Shown here: positions 46,730-55,637 of the stretch, one piece after another
How the letters are laid out: the number at the start of each line of letters is the position of its first letter
Numbering within the stretch: the stretch's first letter is position 1
Origin: an uncultured Chitinophagaceae bacterium
GTDB taxonomy: Bacteria; Bacteroidota; Bacteroidia; Chitinophagales; Chitinophagaceae
Reading direction: 5' to 3'
DNA length: 64,000 nucleotides
NCBI GenBank assembly: GCA_903884185.1
Contig: CAISDV010000171.1
Span: forward strand, 1,729 to 65,728
Position numbers and translations under genes: made by a program
The notes under the pieces: model-generated
The model's input: only the letters and a program-made list of their open reading frames with translations
What the model was told of the DNA's origin: nothing
Database searches by the model: none

Positions 46730-47086
46730 TCAATACTCACGCACAAGTGTTTCATAAGAAATGTGCAGATATTCATGCAATTTCCGTATCATACCCAAAT
46801 TCAGTTTTCGGTGCCGGTTAAAAAGATCAGTCACCCGGCTTTTATATCCAAGGATTTCGGCTAGGTCATTGTTGGTGAGTCCTTGCTGTTCCATCCGGTA
46901 CCTGATTGCATCTAACGGATCAGGGGTTTCTAATTTGAAATGCTTGTCATCGTAATCTTTGATTAGTAGTGACAAAACATCAGCTTCATCACTTTCATTT
47001 GTGCCTGCTTCAGCCTGGAATATCTTTTCAAACCTTGCAAGGGCCGCCTGGTAATCCTTTTTTGTCCTGATCATTTTCAGTTGCAT
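46730..47086 (-). CDS. higA: HigA-type HTH antitoxin
   Basis: 118 aa; N-terminal helical region + XRE-type HTH LTNNDLAEILGYKSRVTDLFNRHRKLNLGMIRKL; 9 nt downstream of higB. Confidence 0.75.
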   Translation of the reverse strand: MQLKMIRTKKDYQAALARFEKIFQAEAGTNESDEADVLSLLIKDYDDKHFKLETPDPLDAIRYRMEQQGLTNNDLAEILGYKSRVTDLFNRHRKLNLGMIRKLHEYLHISYETLVREY

Positions 47087-47095
47087 ACAATGAAT

Positions 47096-47398
47096 TTAAA
47101 ACATTTCAATAGTTGTGGCATTTACTTTATCATAAGCTGCATGGGTGCCAATAAATTTCATAAATACCCAACCTTTCAAGTAATTAATCTCAGCAATCAA
47201 TCTATAATCATTCTCATTGATCCTGAATATTACCCGGTTATTCTTTATTGTCCGGGCAGTATTAAAATCGCGGGTAATCTCCCCAGGTTTCTTCCAATTT
47301 TTAGCCCGCACATCGTGGTACCATTTTTCAAGTGTCATTTTGCAGTCCGGGTGCTTTTCATAAAATCGAATCAACGAACTCCGGTTATATATATTCAT
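47096..47398 (-). CDS. higB: HigB-type mRNA interferase toxin
   Basis: Track ORF 47096..47770 trimmed to ATG at 47398 (MNIYNRSSLIRFYEKHPDCKMTLEKWYHDVRAKNWKKPGEI...RVIFRINENDYRLIAEINY...MKFIGTHAAYD), 100 aa, E. coli HigB/YgjN-like. Confidence 0.8.
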   Translation of the reverse strand: MNIYNRSSLIRFYEKHPDCKMTLEKWYHDVRAKNWKKPGEITRDFNTARTIKNNRVIFRINENDYRLIAEINYLKGWVFMKFIGTHAAYDKVNATTIEMF

Positions 47399-47431
47399 AC
47401 TGCTAAAATTAGCCTTCCACACAAAGGTACG

Positions 47432-47460
47432 AAAAAAGTAACCAAATTGGTTACTTTTTT
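47432..47460. promoter_or_regulatory. candidate HigA operator palindrome
   Basis: aaaaaagtaaccaaattggttactttttt, near-perfect 29-bp dyad 34-62 nt upstream of the higB ATG. Confidence 0.5.
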
Positions 47461-47526
47461 CAATTTCAGCCCTATCCCTACCTGCTGCGCCGAACGAGAC
47501 TCTGGTCGAACGGAAATTACATTTAT

Positions 47527-47572
47527 AACCCGCAACCAGTAATCTGTAACTGGAAACTGGTAGCCCGCAACT
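47527..47572. repeat. stutter tract, family f variant
   Basis: aacccgcaaccagtaatctgtaactggaaactggtagcccgcaact, between higB and the divergent membrane-protein gene. Confidence 0.7.
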
Positions 47573-47642
47573 ATTTAAATTCCTCCTAAAAGGCGTAGTT
47601 TTCATCCCGGCTGGTGTAAATTCGCCAACGAATTCCTGCTGC

Positions 47643-48662
47643 ATGGATAAAAGGCTTGTTTCTTTTTTTAAATATGCTTTCTTTTTGGGGCTGGGCGTCT
47701 TCCTGGTATGGTGGAGCCTGCAACAGATACCCGATTCTGAGTGGAGTAAATTCAAGGAAGCATTGGCCAACGCACACTACATGCTGATCATACCGGTATT
47801 CCTTATCCTGGCATCCAGCCATTTGATCCGTGCCCTCCGCTGGCGGATTTTGATAGAACCCATGGGCTACAAACCCGCCCTCCCCAATACTTTTTTTGCA
47901 GTTATGATAGGCTACCTGGCTAACCTTGCCGTGCCGCGCCTGGGTGAAGTATTAAAATGTACCATCCTTGCCAAATATGAAAAGATCCCCGCACAAAAAA
48001 TAGTGGGCACCATTGTTACAGAAAGGGCTTTTGATGTGGTATGCCTTGGCGTTGTTTTTCTTTTGGCATTAATATTCCAGTTTGATGTGGTGACGCATAG
48101 CTACCAGCAGGTAAAAAAATTCCCGGGAGCACAGGTGCATCATGCCATGCCTTTGTATCAAATAATTATATTGGCCGTTATTGGTGCAGCTATACTTTCT
48201 TTTATTGCCTGGGTGATCATCAGTAAAAAATGGAAAATATTTATTGCGAAAATGAAACGCATCATCCTGGGTGTATGGGAAGGGTTGATCAGCGCAGGAA
48301 GATTAAAACAGAAATATACTTTTATACTTTATTCTATTCTTATCTGGGCGCTTTATCTCGGAGGCACCTGGATAGGGCTGTATGCTACAGATGGCACCGC
48401 GGGCTTTGGTGTGAAGGAAGCCATCTCCTGCCTGGCTTTTGCAAGTATTGGTATGATCCTTACACCCGGTGGCATTGGCGCTTATGCTTATCTTCTTGCC
48501 AAAGTGCTGGAACAAAGTGGTATTGATTATACCATTGGTTATGCCAATGGCACCCTGCAATGGTTTGCACAATTTCTTTTGGTAGTTGTGGTTGGTTTTG
48601 TCTGTATGGGATTATTGCCCTGGTACAATAAAAGAAAAGAAAAAGAATATGAAACAAGCTGA
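47643..48662 (+). CDS. flippase-like/lysylphosphatidylglycerol-synthase TM-domain protein (UPF0104)
   Basis: 339 aa, 8 TM; LIRALRWRILIEPMGYKP...YLANLAVPRLGEVLKC pattern. Confidence 0.75.
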   Translation: MDKRLVSFFKYAFFLGLGVFLVWWSLQQIPDSEWSKFKEALANAHYMLIIPVFLILASSHLIRALRWRILIEPMGYKPALPNTFFAVMIGYLANLAVPRLGEVLKCTILAKYEKIPAQKIVGTIVTERAFDVVCLGVVFLLALIFQFDVVTHSYQQVKKFPGAQVHHAMPLYQIIILAVIGAAILSFIAWVIISKKWKIFIAKMKRIILGVWEGLISAGRLKQKYTFILYSILIWALYLGGTWIGLYATDGTAGFGVKEAISCLAFASIGMILTPGGIGAYAYLLAKVLEQSGIDYTIGYANGTLQWFAQFLLVVVVGFVCMGLLPWYNKRKEKEYETS

Positions 48663-49143
48663 TGCCATACAAAAAAAAATACTGGCACTTCCCGCACTAC
48701 TGAGCCAGGTGCGTGGATGGAGAGTAACATCAAAGACCATCGCTTTTACCAATGGCTGTTTTGACATCCTGCACGAAGGGCATATCTATTCTTTATCTCA
48801 AGCAGCTAAAGAAGCGGATTTTTTAATTGTGGGAGTGAACAGCGATGCAAGCACAAAAAAATTAAAAGGCGAAGGCCGCCCTGTGAATAATGAACATAGC
48901 CGCGCATTATTATTAGCCTCTCTTGCCATAGTTGATGCGGTAGTAATATTTGAAGAAGATACACCACTGGAACTGATCAATGCCATACAACCTGATGTTT
49001 TGGTAAAAGGTGGCGACTATACCATTGAACAGATCGTTGGCGCTAAAGAAACCATTGCCCGTGGCGGCAAAGTAGCAATCAATCCGATTGTGGAGGGGTT
49101 TTCTTCTACGGGAATTCTCGAGAAGATCAGGCTATTAGGGTAA
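48649..49143 (+). CDS. rfaE2: D-glycero-beta-D-manno-heptose 1-phosphate adenylyltransferase (RfaE domain II)
   Basis: Trimmed to ATG 48649 (MKQADAIQKK...); cytidylyltransferase motif FTNGCFDILHEGH, VNSDAS. Confidence 0.85.
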   Translation: MKQADAIQKKILALPALLSQVRGWRVTSKTIAFTNGCFDILHEGHIYSLSQAAKEADFLIVGVNSDASTKKLKGEGRPVNNEHSRALLLASLAIVDAVVIFEEDTPLELINAIQPDVLVKGGDYTIEQIVGAKETIARGGKVAINPIVEGFSSTGILEKIRLLG

Positions 49144-49149
49144 ATTTTT

Positions 49150-49189
49150 TTAACCACAAGGAGCGCAAAGAAGGCACAAGGACCACAAA
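49150..49189. repeat. half word-hairpin, family c (AACCACAAAGAACACAAGG type)
   Basis: ttaaccacaaggagcgcaaagaaggcacaaggaccacaaa, starts 7 nt after the rfaE2 stop. Confidence 0.7.
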
Positions 49190-49315
49190 AAATCTTTCCC
49201 TAACCTGTAAGTCTGAACAATCAGGTTAATCAGGCCAATCATATAAAATCATAGTCAAGACTTAACATTCCACACAACCTCCCTTCCTTATATTTGAAGG
49301 CAACGATCTTAGTCT

Positions 49316-51409
49316 ATGCCAAAAAAACAATTCATCCAGAGAGATATCAGCTGGCTTAGTTTTAATGCAAGGGTTTTGCAGGAAGCAAATGATCCCAGTG
49401 TTCCGCTGAAAGAGCGTATCCGTTTTCTTGGCATCTTCTCCAATAATTCAGATGAGTTCTTCCGTGTGCGCGTAGCTACATTAAAACGCATGGAAGAGTT
49501 TTCTGAAAAGAACAAGAAGTTGAATATGCACCTGGAAGAAGACCCGCAGAAGATACTGGAACAGATACAGACCATCGTACTACAGCAACAGAATGAGTTC
49601 AACAGGATATGGGCTGGCATTCTCAGAGAATTAAAAAAAGAAAAGATATTCCTGGTAGATGAGAAACATCTTACTAAAGAGCAGCAAAAATTTGTAACTG
49701 TTTATTTTGATGAACAGGTACGTTCTAATGTGATCCCCCTGATGATCGAAAGCCTTCCTCAATTACCTTACCTGCGCGATAAAAGTATTTACCTGGGTGT
49801 GGTAATGCGAAGGCAATCTTCGGCCTACCAACAGAAATATGCATTAATAGAAGTGCCGTCAAAAGCAATAGGGCGTTTTGTTTTATTGCCTTCAAAGCCA
49901 GGTGAGCAACATATTATTTTACTGGAAGACGTGATCCGTTTTAACCTGCCTAATATCTTTTCTTATTTTGATTATGATTATTTTGATGCTTATGTTTTTA
50001 AAGTGACGAAAGATGCAGAGATAGATATCGACAATGATCTCTCCACCACGTTTGTTGAAAAGATGGAGAAGGGTTTGAAGAACCGCCGCAAAGGGAAACC
50101 CGTTCGTTTTGTATATGACAAGGAAATGGATTCGGGCCTGCTGGAGTACCTCATCCGCCGGCTGAGTCTTTCCAGGAAAAGCAACCTGATACCGGGCGGG
50201 CGCATTCATAATTTCCGCCACTTCATGGATTTCCCGGATGTGTTTGCCACCAAAAAACCAAGGCGTGCCGCTTTTACACATCCGTCTTTACAAAAGTCGG
50301 CACGCGTAACAGATGTGATCCTGAAACAGGACCTGATGCTGCATTTTCCATATCATTCATTTAACGCGCTGATTGATCTTTTACGTGAAGCAGCCATGGA
50401 CCCCGATGTGATATCGATCAAAATAACTGCATATCGCCTTGCACCGGATTCTACTATTGTGAATGCATTGATCAATGCCGCACGTAATAATAAAGAAGTG
50501 GTAGTGATGCTTGAATTGAAAGCAAGGTTTGATGAAGAGGCCAACCTGGTTTGGAAAGAGATCCTGGAAGAAGAAGGTGTGAAAGTATTGCTGGGCGTAC
50601 CGTCTATGAAAGTGCACGCCAAACTTTGTATCATCAAAAAAAGAAAAGGAAACAAGACCATTCAATATGGCTTTGTAAGCACAGGCAACCTCAATGAACG
50701 AACGGCAAGGGTGTATGGAGATCATTGCCTGCTTACTGCCAATAGGCATGTAATGGCTGACATCAACAGGATATTCCACTATTTAGAACATTGGAAGACA
50801 GGTATTGAACACCTGCGTGCCTGCAAGACATTACTGGTATGTCCAACAGGTATGCGCAAAGGGCTTGTCTCTCTCATCAACCGTGAAATAAAAAATGCAA
50901 AGGATAAAAAACCTGCTGCTATCACTGTAAAAGTGAATTCGCTTAGTGATGTAAAACTGATCGGCAAACTCTATGAAGCAGCGCTGGCAGGCGTTGAAAT
51001 AAAAATGATCGTAAGAGGTATTTTCTGCGCGATGCCTTTCAACAAAAAATTCAAAAAGCCCATCTCTGCCATAAGCATTGTAGACGAATACCTGGAACAT
51101 GCGCGCGTGCTGATCTTTCATAATGGCGGAAAAGAAAAAATTTATCTCTCTTCTGCCGACTGGATGGTGCGCAACCTCGACCATAGAATTGAAGCAGCCA
51201 TACCCGTTATGGACCGCGACATCTGCAACGAACTCAAAGAGATTATCCACATTCAATTAAGAGACAATGTAAAGGCAAGGTTATTAGATAATGAACTCTC
51301 TAATTACTATGTAACTTTCGCCGGTAAAAAGAAAGTGCGTTCACAGATCGAGACGTACCTCTATCTCTATCAAAAAATCATAAAACCAGGTGCGGTTAGC
51401 AGCAATTGA
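49316..51409 (+). CDS. ppk1: polyphosphate kinase 1
   Basis: 697 aa; RDISWLSFNARVLQEA, FFRVRVA, two PLD-like HKD regions (KVHAKL, EHARV). Confidence 0.9.
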   Translation: MPKKQFIQRDISWLSFNARVLQEANDPSVPLKERIRFLGIFSNNSDEFFRVRVATLKRMEEFSEKNKKLNMHLEEDPQKILEQIQTIVLQQQNEFNRIWAGILRELKKEKIFLVDEKHLTKEQQKFVTVYFDEQVRSNVIPLMIESLPQLPYLRDKSIYLGVVMRRQSSAYQQKYALIEVPSKAIGRFVLLPSKPGEQHIILLEDVIRFNLPNIFSYFDYDYFDAYVFKVTKDAEIDIDNDLSTTFVEKMEKGLKNRRKGKPVRFVYDKEMDSGLLEYLIRRLSLSRKSNLIPGGRIHNFRHFMDFPDVFATKKPRRAAFTHPSLQKSARVTDVILKQDLMLHFPYHSFNALIDLLREAAMDPDVISIKITAYRLAPDSTIVNALINAARNNKEVVVMLELKARFDEEANLVWKEILEEEGVKVLLGVPSMKVHAKLCIIKKRKGNKTIQYGFVSTGNLNERTARVYGDHCLLTANRHVMADINRIFHYLEHWKTGIEHLRACKTLLVCPTGMRKGLVSLINREIKNAKDKKPAAITVKVNSLSDVKLIGKLYEAALAGVEIKMIVRGIFCAMPFNKKFKKPISAISIVDEYLEHARVLIFHNGGKEKIYLSSADWMVRNLDHRIEAAIPVMDRDICNELKEIIHIQLRDNVKARLLDNELSNYYVTFAGKKKVRSQIETYLYLYQKIIKPGAVSSN

Positions 51410-52280
51410 TATCGGGAGTAATGCAGCAAGGCTTTTAATAGCCGATGTGATACACGATAAAGACGGCTATACCCAATTCAACAAGTTGAACCTTGTGCGC
51501 GTACCACTGCGACTGGGTTTTGATGTGTTTGAAAATGGCGAGATCTCCAAACAGAAGCGTGGCATGATCCTGCAAACCATGAAAGCATATGGCCACCTGA
51601 TGAAAGTATATGATGTGCAGTATATCAAGGCATGTGCCACCAGCGCCATGAGGGATGCGGTAAACAGTGAAGACATCATCCGTAAAGTAAAACTGGAAGC
51701 GGGTATCGAGATAAAGATCATCAGCGGTGATGAAGAAGCTGCGTTTATTTACGAGAACCATATCGCTGAAAATTTAGACAAGGAACATTCCTATTTATAT
51801 ATTGATGTGGGTGGCGGCAGTACCGAACTCACCTTTTTTGCCGATGGGAAACTTCGCTACAAAGAGTCTTTCAATATTGGCACCATTCGCTTATTGAAAG
51901 GGCAGGTGGAAGAAAGTACCTGGGATGAAATGAAAGACCATCTTAAAAACAATACTAAAAGTTCATTGCCAATGATCGCTATTGGTAGTGGCGGCAATAT
52001 CAATAAAGTGTTTTCAATCAGTAAGAAAAAAGAAGGCAAACCCCTTTCACTGGAATTGCTGAAAGACTATTACAAAGAACTTTCCGGGTTTACATTGGAT
52101 GAACGCATTCGTATTTACAAGATGCGGGAAGACAGGGCTGATGTGATCGTTCCCGCATTGCAGATATATATTAATGTGATGCGCTGGTCTGATATGGACG
52201 AAATATATGTTCCCAAAATAGGCCTGGCAGACGGCCTGATCCAAAGCCTGTATGAGGAAGTGAAAAAAATCAAGAATTAG
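51390..52280 (+). CDS. ppx: exopolyphosphatase (Ppx/GppA family)
   Basis: 296 aa; GTG start giving (M)RLAAIDIGSNAARLLI, DVGGGSTEL; 20-nt overlap with ppk1. Confidence 0.85.
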   Translation: MRLAAIDIGSNAARLLIADVIHDKDGYTQFNKLNLVRVPLRLGFDVFENGEISKQKRGMILQTMKAYGHLMKVYDVQYIKACATSAMRDAVNSEDIIRKVKLEAGIEIKIISGDEEAAFIYENHIAENLDKEHSYLYIDVGGGSTELTFFADGKLRYKESFNIGTIRLLKGQVEESTWDEMKDHLKNNTKSSLPMIAIGSGGNINKVFSISKKKEGKPLSLELLKDYYKELSGFTLDERIRIYKMREDRADVIVPALQIYINVMRWSDMDEIYVPKIGLADGLIQSLYEEVKKIKN

Positions 52281-52290
52281 AGTGTTGTTT

Positions 52291-52377
52291 TTAACCACAA
52301 TGGCCACAAAGGATGCACAAAGAACACAAGCGGTCTTTGTGCCCATTGTGACTTCCTTGTGTTCTTTGTGGTTAAAT
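52291..52377. repeat. word-hairpin, family c, complete
   Basis: tttaaccacaatggccacaaaggatgcacaaagaacacaagcgg ... tctttgtgcccattgtgacttccttgtgttctttgtggttaaa; 11 nt after the ppx stop. Confidence 0.85.
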
Positions 52378-52588
52378 AAAACTCATTTGCAACTGTCTGT
52401 AATTAGTATTATTTTGTCCGGTGAATTCAGGCACATGAGTTCTCCCTAACCGGTTGTGAAGTGAATAAATGCCCTGGCATACGTACGGTGTTCACCGATT
52501 AATGAACTTTATTCACCCATATTCTCCGTTAAAGGCTTGTGTACCTGGTTAGTTTTGATTTAATAACCCTCCATAAAAATTAAACTGT

Positions 52589-53422
52589 ATGAAAAAGATC
52601 TTTTTTATTGCGGCGGTTTCGCTTGTCCTGTTCTCATTTAGAAGCCCAGTGGCCAGGCATAACTCTATCAGTTCAACTTCTACTGATACAGTTAAGGTAA
52701 TGCATGTACCGGACGGTGATATCAGTGAATGGCCGGGAGACAAGTTTGCACAGGATAAAGAAACTGAAATATGGTATGCAGTTGATAATGATGCTACCGC
52801 TTTGCATATTGCTATGAAGATCCCTAACACAAAAACGCAGGTAAAGTTGATGCGCCAGGGAATGGATCTCTATATAGATGTGAAGGGAAGAAAAAGGGAA
52901 GCAACAGGTGTTTCTTTCCCAATGAAAATAAAACAAGCGGGATCAGGCGGCTTTAATCCAAGGCAGATGGCGGCTGAAACCGAATCAAAACCAGAGATGA
53001 AAGAGTTCAGGCAATCTATGGCGGCCAATCTTATTTTCCTGAAATCATTCGGGATGGATGGCCAAGATGATATGATACAGCCTCTTGCAAAAGAAAAAGG
53101 CGTGTCATTAGGTTATGCCTGGGATGAAGCAGATGTGATGTATATAGAATATTCAGTTCCGGTTACTCTTTTAGGTGGCAATGCTGCATTGGCAGGTAAA
53201 AAAATAAGCCTGGGATGCAAGATCAATGGTATTGATATACCTACTTCAGCTCCTTCAACTACAGCCACACCGGCTGGCGGTGGCGGAAGAGGTGGTGGTG
53301 GAAGAGGTGGTGGCCCTCCACAACAGTCAAGCGGCGCATTCGGCCCTGGCGCTGCAACACAGGGAGGTATGGCTGCATTGCAGGAACAGAGTTTTTGGGT
53401 AAAATATGATGTTAAACTATAA
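52589..53422 (+). CDS. hypothetical secreted protein with Gly/Arg-rich tract
   Basis: 277 aa; signal peptide; C-terminal GGGGRGGGGRGGGPPQQ low-complexity tract. Confidence 0.6.
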   Translation: MKKIFFIAAVSLVLFSFRSPVARHNSISSTSTDTVKVMHVPDGDISEWPGDKFAQDKETEIWYAVDNDATALHIAMKIPNTKTQVKLMRQGMDLYIDVKGRKREATGVSFPMKIKQAGSGGFNPRQMAAETESKPEMKEFRQSMAANLIFLKSFGMDGQDDMIQPLAKEKGVSLGYAWDEADVMYIEYSVPVTLLGGNAALAGKKISLGCKINGIDIPTSAPSTTATPAGGGGRGGGGRGGGPPQQSSGAFGPGAATQGGMAALQEQSFWVKYDVKL

Positions 53423-53473
53423 AGAATTTTTTCTCTGAAGAAGACCAGAAAAATAATCGTTGTCATAATACAT

Positions 53474-54682
53474 GTGTCGGCATGTGCCTGCTTTTTTTTG
53501 CTGCCTTATATTTTATATCCGCAGCTGCCAAAAGATATCCCTGCTCCTGCACTTAGCAAACACATACTTGTACAGGCTATTGCGATCGACTTATTCCTGG
53601 TGGGGTTTTATTATCTCAACACACTACTCCTGATCCCTAAACTATTGTTCAGAAGAAAATGGTTCTTATATATTTTATTGATCATTAGTTCTTTTGCCGC
53701 ATTTTTTTATATACCCAAACAGGTATCGCACTGGATCACGGGAAATGATGAAGAGATCATTCACCAGGAATTTGTTCAGATGCGCGCGCAGCAGCGTTCG
53801 CTGAACGATAGTTTGAGTCCAAAACATTCACAGCAACGTCCACCGAGGTCTACTGATACCTTATCCAGGCGCCCACGCCAGCATCCAGCTGAACTTACTA
53901 CAGATACTTCCAAACACGATACGTCTACTCTGAGGTCGGATGATCCAAGACGAAATGGTTTCAGAAGAAGGCCCGGCAATGGTGTTGATTATTTTCCTGG
54001 TTCTTATGCCCTATTCATCCTGGTATTTGCGATAGGTACCTTTATTGCTGTGATGCAGCAGTGGCTAAAAACGGAACATACACGCCAGCAGATCGAGCAT
54101 GAAAAAATTAATACCGAATTGTCTTTCCTCCGGTCGCAGGTAAACCCGCATTTCTTTTTTAATACACTCAATAATATTTATTCACTTGCTATCACCGGCA
54201 GCCAGGATACTGCCCCCGCAGTGATGAAACTTTCATCTATCATGCGGTATATCCTTACAGAAACAGAGGCCAACCTGGTGCCTTTGCAGAATGAAATTGA
54301 TTTTCTGAGGAATTTTATCGACCTGCAATTAGTAAGGCTGACAGATAAAGTGGAAGTAAATTTTACTGCAGAAGGAAATACCGAAAATAAGCAGGTAGCT
54401 CCTCTCCTTTTCATACCATTTGTTGAGAACGCATTCAAATACGGTGTGAGTACCAAAGAGAGGTCAGCCATCAAAATCAAAATCACATCCAGCGCCGATC
54501 ATATTTTACTGGATGTGTCCAATACCCTTGTAAAAGCCGATAATGGTATTCATGAAACAACCGGGATCGGTATCAATAATGTAAAAAGAAGGTTGCAGTT
54601 GTTATATCCTGGCAAACATAATTTAACTGTAAAAGAGGAAGACAATCAATTTAAAGTTCATTTAGACATCCATATAAAATGA
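53474..54682 (+). CDS. LytS/YehU-type sensor histidine kinase
   Basis: 402 aa (GTG start, uncertain); TM helices, long Arg/Ser/Pro-rich linker, LSFLRSQVNPHFFFNTLNNI His-kinase box, HATPase region. Confidence 0.8.
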   Translation: MSACACFFLLPYILYPQLPKDIPAPALSKHILVQAIAIDLFLVGFYYLNTLLLIPKLLFRRKWFLYILLIISSFAAFFYIPKQVSHWITGNDEEIIHQEFVQMRAQQRSLNDSLSPKHSQQRPPRSTDTLSRRPRQHPAELTTDTSKHDTSTLRSDDPRRNGFRRRPGNGVDYFPGSYALFILVFAIGTFIAVMQQWLKTEHTRQQIEHEKINTELSFLRSQVNPHFFFNTLNNIYSLAITGSQDTAPAVMKLSSIMRYILTETEANLVPLQNEIDFLRNFIDLQLVRLTDKVEVNFTAEGNTENKQVAPLLFIPFVENAFKYGVSTKERSAIKIKITSSADHILLDVSNTLVKADNGIHETTGIGINNVKRRLQLLYPGKHNLTVKEEDNQFKVHLDIHIK

Positions 54683-55377
54683 TCTCCTGTATTGCCATTG
54701 ATGATGAGCCACTGGCGCTTCAACTGATACACCAGTATTGCGAAAAGATCCCTTTCCTGCAACTGGAAAAAGTATTTACCAACCCCGATGAAGCAAAGAA
54801 TTATTTACAGCAGCATTCGGTAGACCTGCTTTTCCTGGATATACAGATGCCGGATATCAATGGTGTACAGTTCTATAAAAGTTTGGCGGTTAAACCTCTT
54901 GTAATATTTACCACTGCTTTTAAAGACTTTGCTGTGGAAGGATTTAATGTGGATGCTATTGATTATCTCCTCAAGCCTTTTGAGTACAACCGCTTTTTAA
55001 AATCCGTTTATAAAATAAAAGAATATATGGAATTCTTGTCCTCGCAGGAGTTACAAATGAACTCCCTTTATGTAAAAGTGAACTATGAAATGATGAAGAT
55101 CAATTTAAAGGATATTGAATTGGTGGAAGCGCTGGATGACTATATCAAGATACATATAAAACCCAATCCTGTCCTCACTCTAATGACATTGAAGTCGATG
55201 CAGGAAAAGCTGCCTGTAAAAGAATTCGCCCGTGTTCACCGCTCGTATATTGTGCCGCTCAGCAAGGTGGAAAAGTTTAGCAAGAACAAGCTGATCGTGG
55301 CCGGAAAAGAAGTGCCAATTGGCAGTAGTTATGCCGATATTTATGACAAATTGCTGACACTCTCCAAACAACAATAA
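54679..55377 (+). CDS. LytTR-family response regulator
   Basis: 232 aa; receiver DLLFLDIQMPDINGV, C-terminal LytTR DNA-binding domain; ATGA overlap with the kinase gene. Confidence 0.85.
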   Translation: MISCIAIDDEPLALQLIHQYCEKIPFLQLEKVFTNPDEAKNYLQQHSVDLLFLDIQMPDINGVQFYKSLAVKPLVIFTTAFKDFAVEGFNVDAIDYLLKPFEYNRFLKSVYKIKEYMEFLSSQELQMNSLYVKVNYEMMKINLKDIELVEALDDYIKIHIKPNPVLTLMTLKSMQEKLPVKEFARVHRSYIVPLSKVEKFSKNKLIVAGKEVPIGSSYADIYDKLLTLSKQQ

Positions 55378-55504
55378 TTCCCCGATAGATAATTTGGTTT
55401 CACCTAATTATTTTTTTGGCGCTCACATCTCTTCCTACTTTTATTTCCTAGCGATTCAGTGCCAGTTTAAGATATTTTAGCTTTTTTCATGCAGGGTTAC
55501 ATTC

Positions 55505-55552
55505 AAAGGTATTGCCGGTTGATCTCAACGTTGGTAATACCTTTTGATTTTT
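55505..55552 (+). terminator. candidate rho-independent terminator downstream of the LytTR operon
   Basis: aaaggtattgcc ... ggtaataccttt (12-bp stem with one G-T) followed by tgatttttat. Confidence 0.5.
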
Positions 55553-55584
55553 ATGCCATCCCCCGGCAAAAACTTAGATTTGCC

Positions 55585-55617
55585 AGACCTATAAGGTTTT
55601 ATAAACCTTATAGGTCT
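55585..55617. promoter_or_regulatory. 33-bp palindrome immediately upstream of ALDH7-like gene
   Basis: agacctataaggttt-tat-aaaccttataggtct, 15-bp perfect arms, ends 20 nt before ATG 55638. Confidence 0.45.
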
Positions 55618-55637
55618 ATCTGACTAAAATTCTTCCA

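Noticed and set aside
47399-47770. Long N-terminal extension of the higB ORF (track ORF 47096..47770, 224 aa).
   Set aside because: The extension crosses the operator palindrome and a stutter repeat and overlaps the divergent gene start. Only the last 100 aa match HigB, so the ORF was trimmed to ATG 47398.
52047-52346. ORFs in the track that run through word hairpins (52047..52346, 31299..31487, 62060..62272, 57016..57210, 38488..38754 and similar).
   Set aside because: Their only distinctive peptides (CVLCASFV, LCVSVPLW, HRGTEERR and similar) are translations of the repeats. They overlap well-supported genes on the other strand.
53270-53330. GGT/GGC/AGA-rich nucleotide repeat.
   Set aside because: It is simply the coding sequence of the GGGGRGGGGRGGG tract of the secreted protein 52589..53422, not an independent element.
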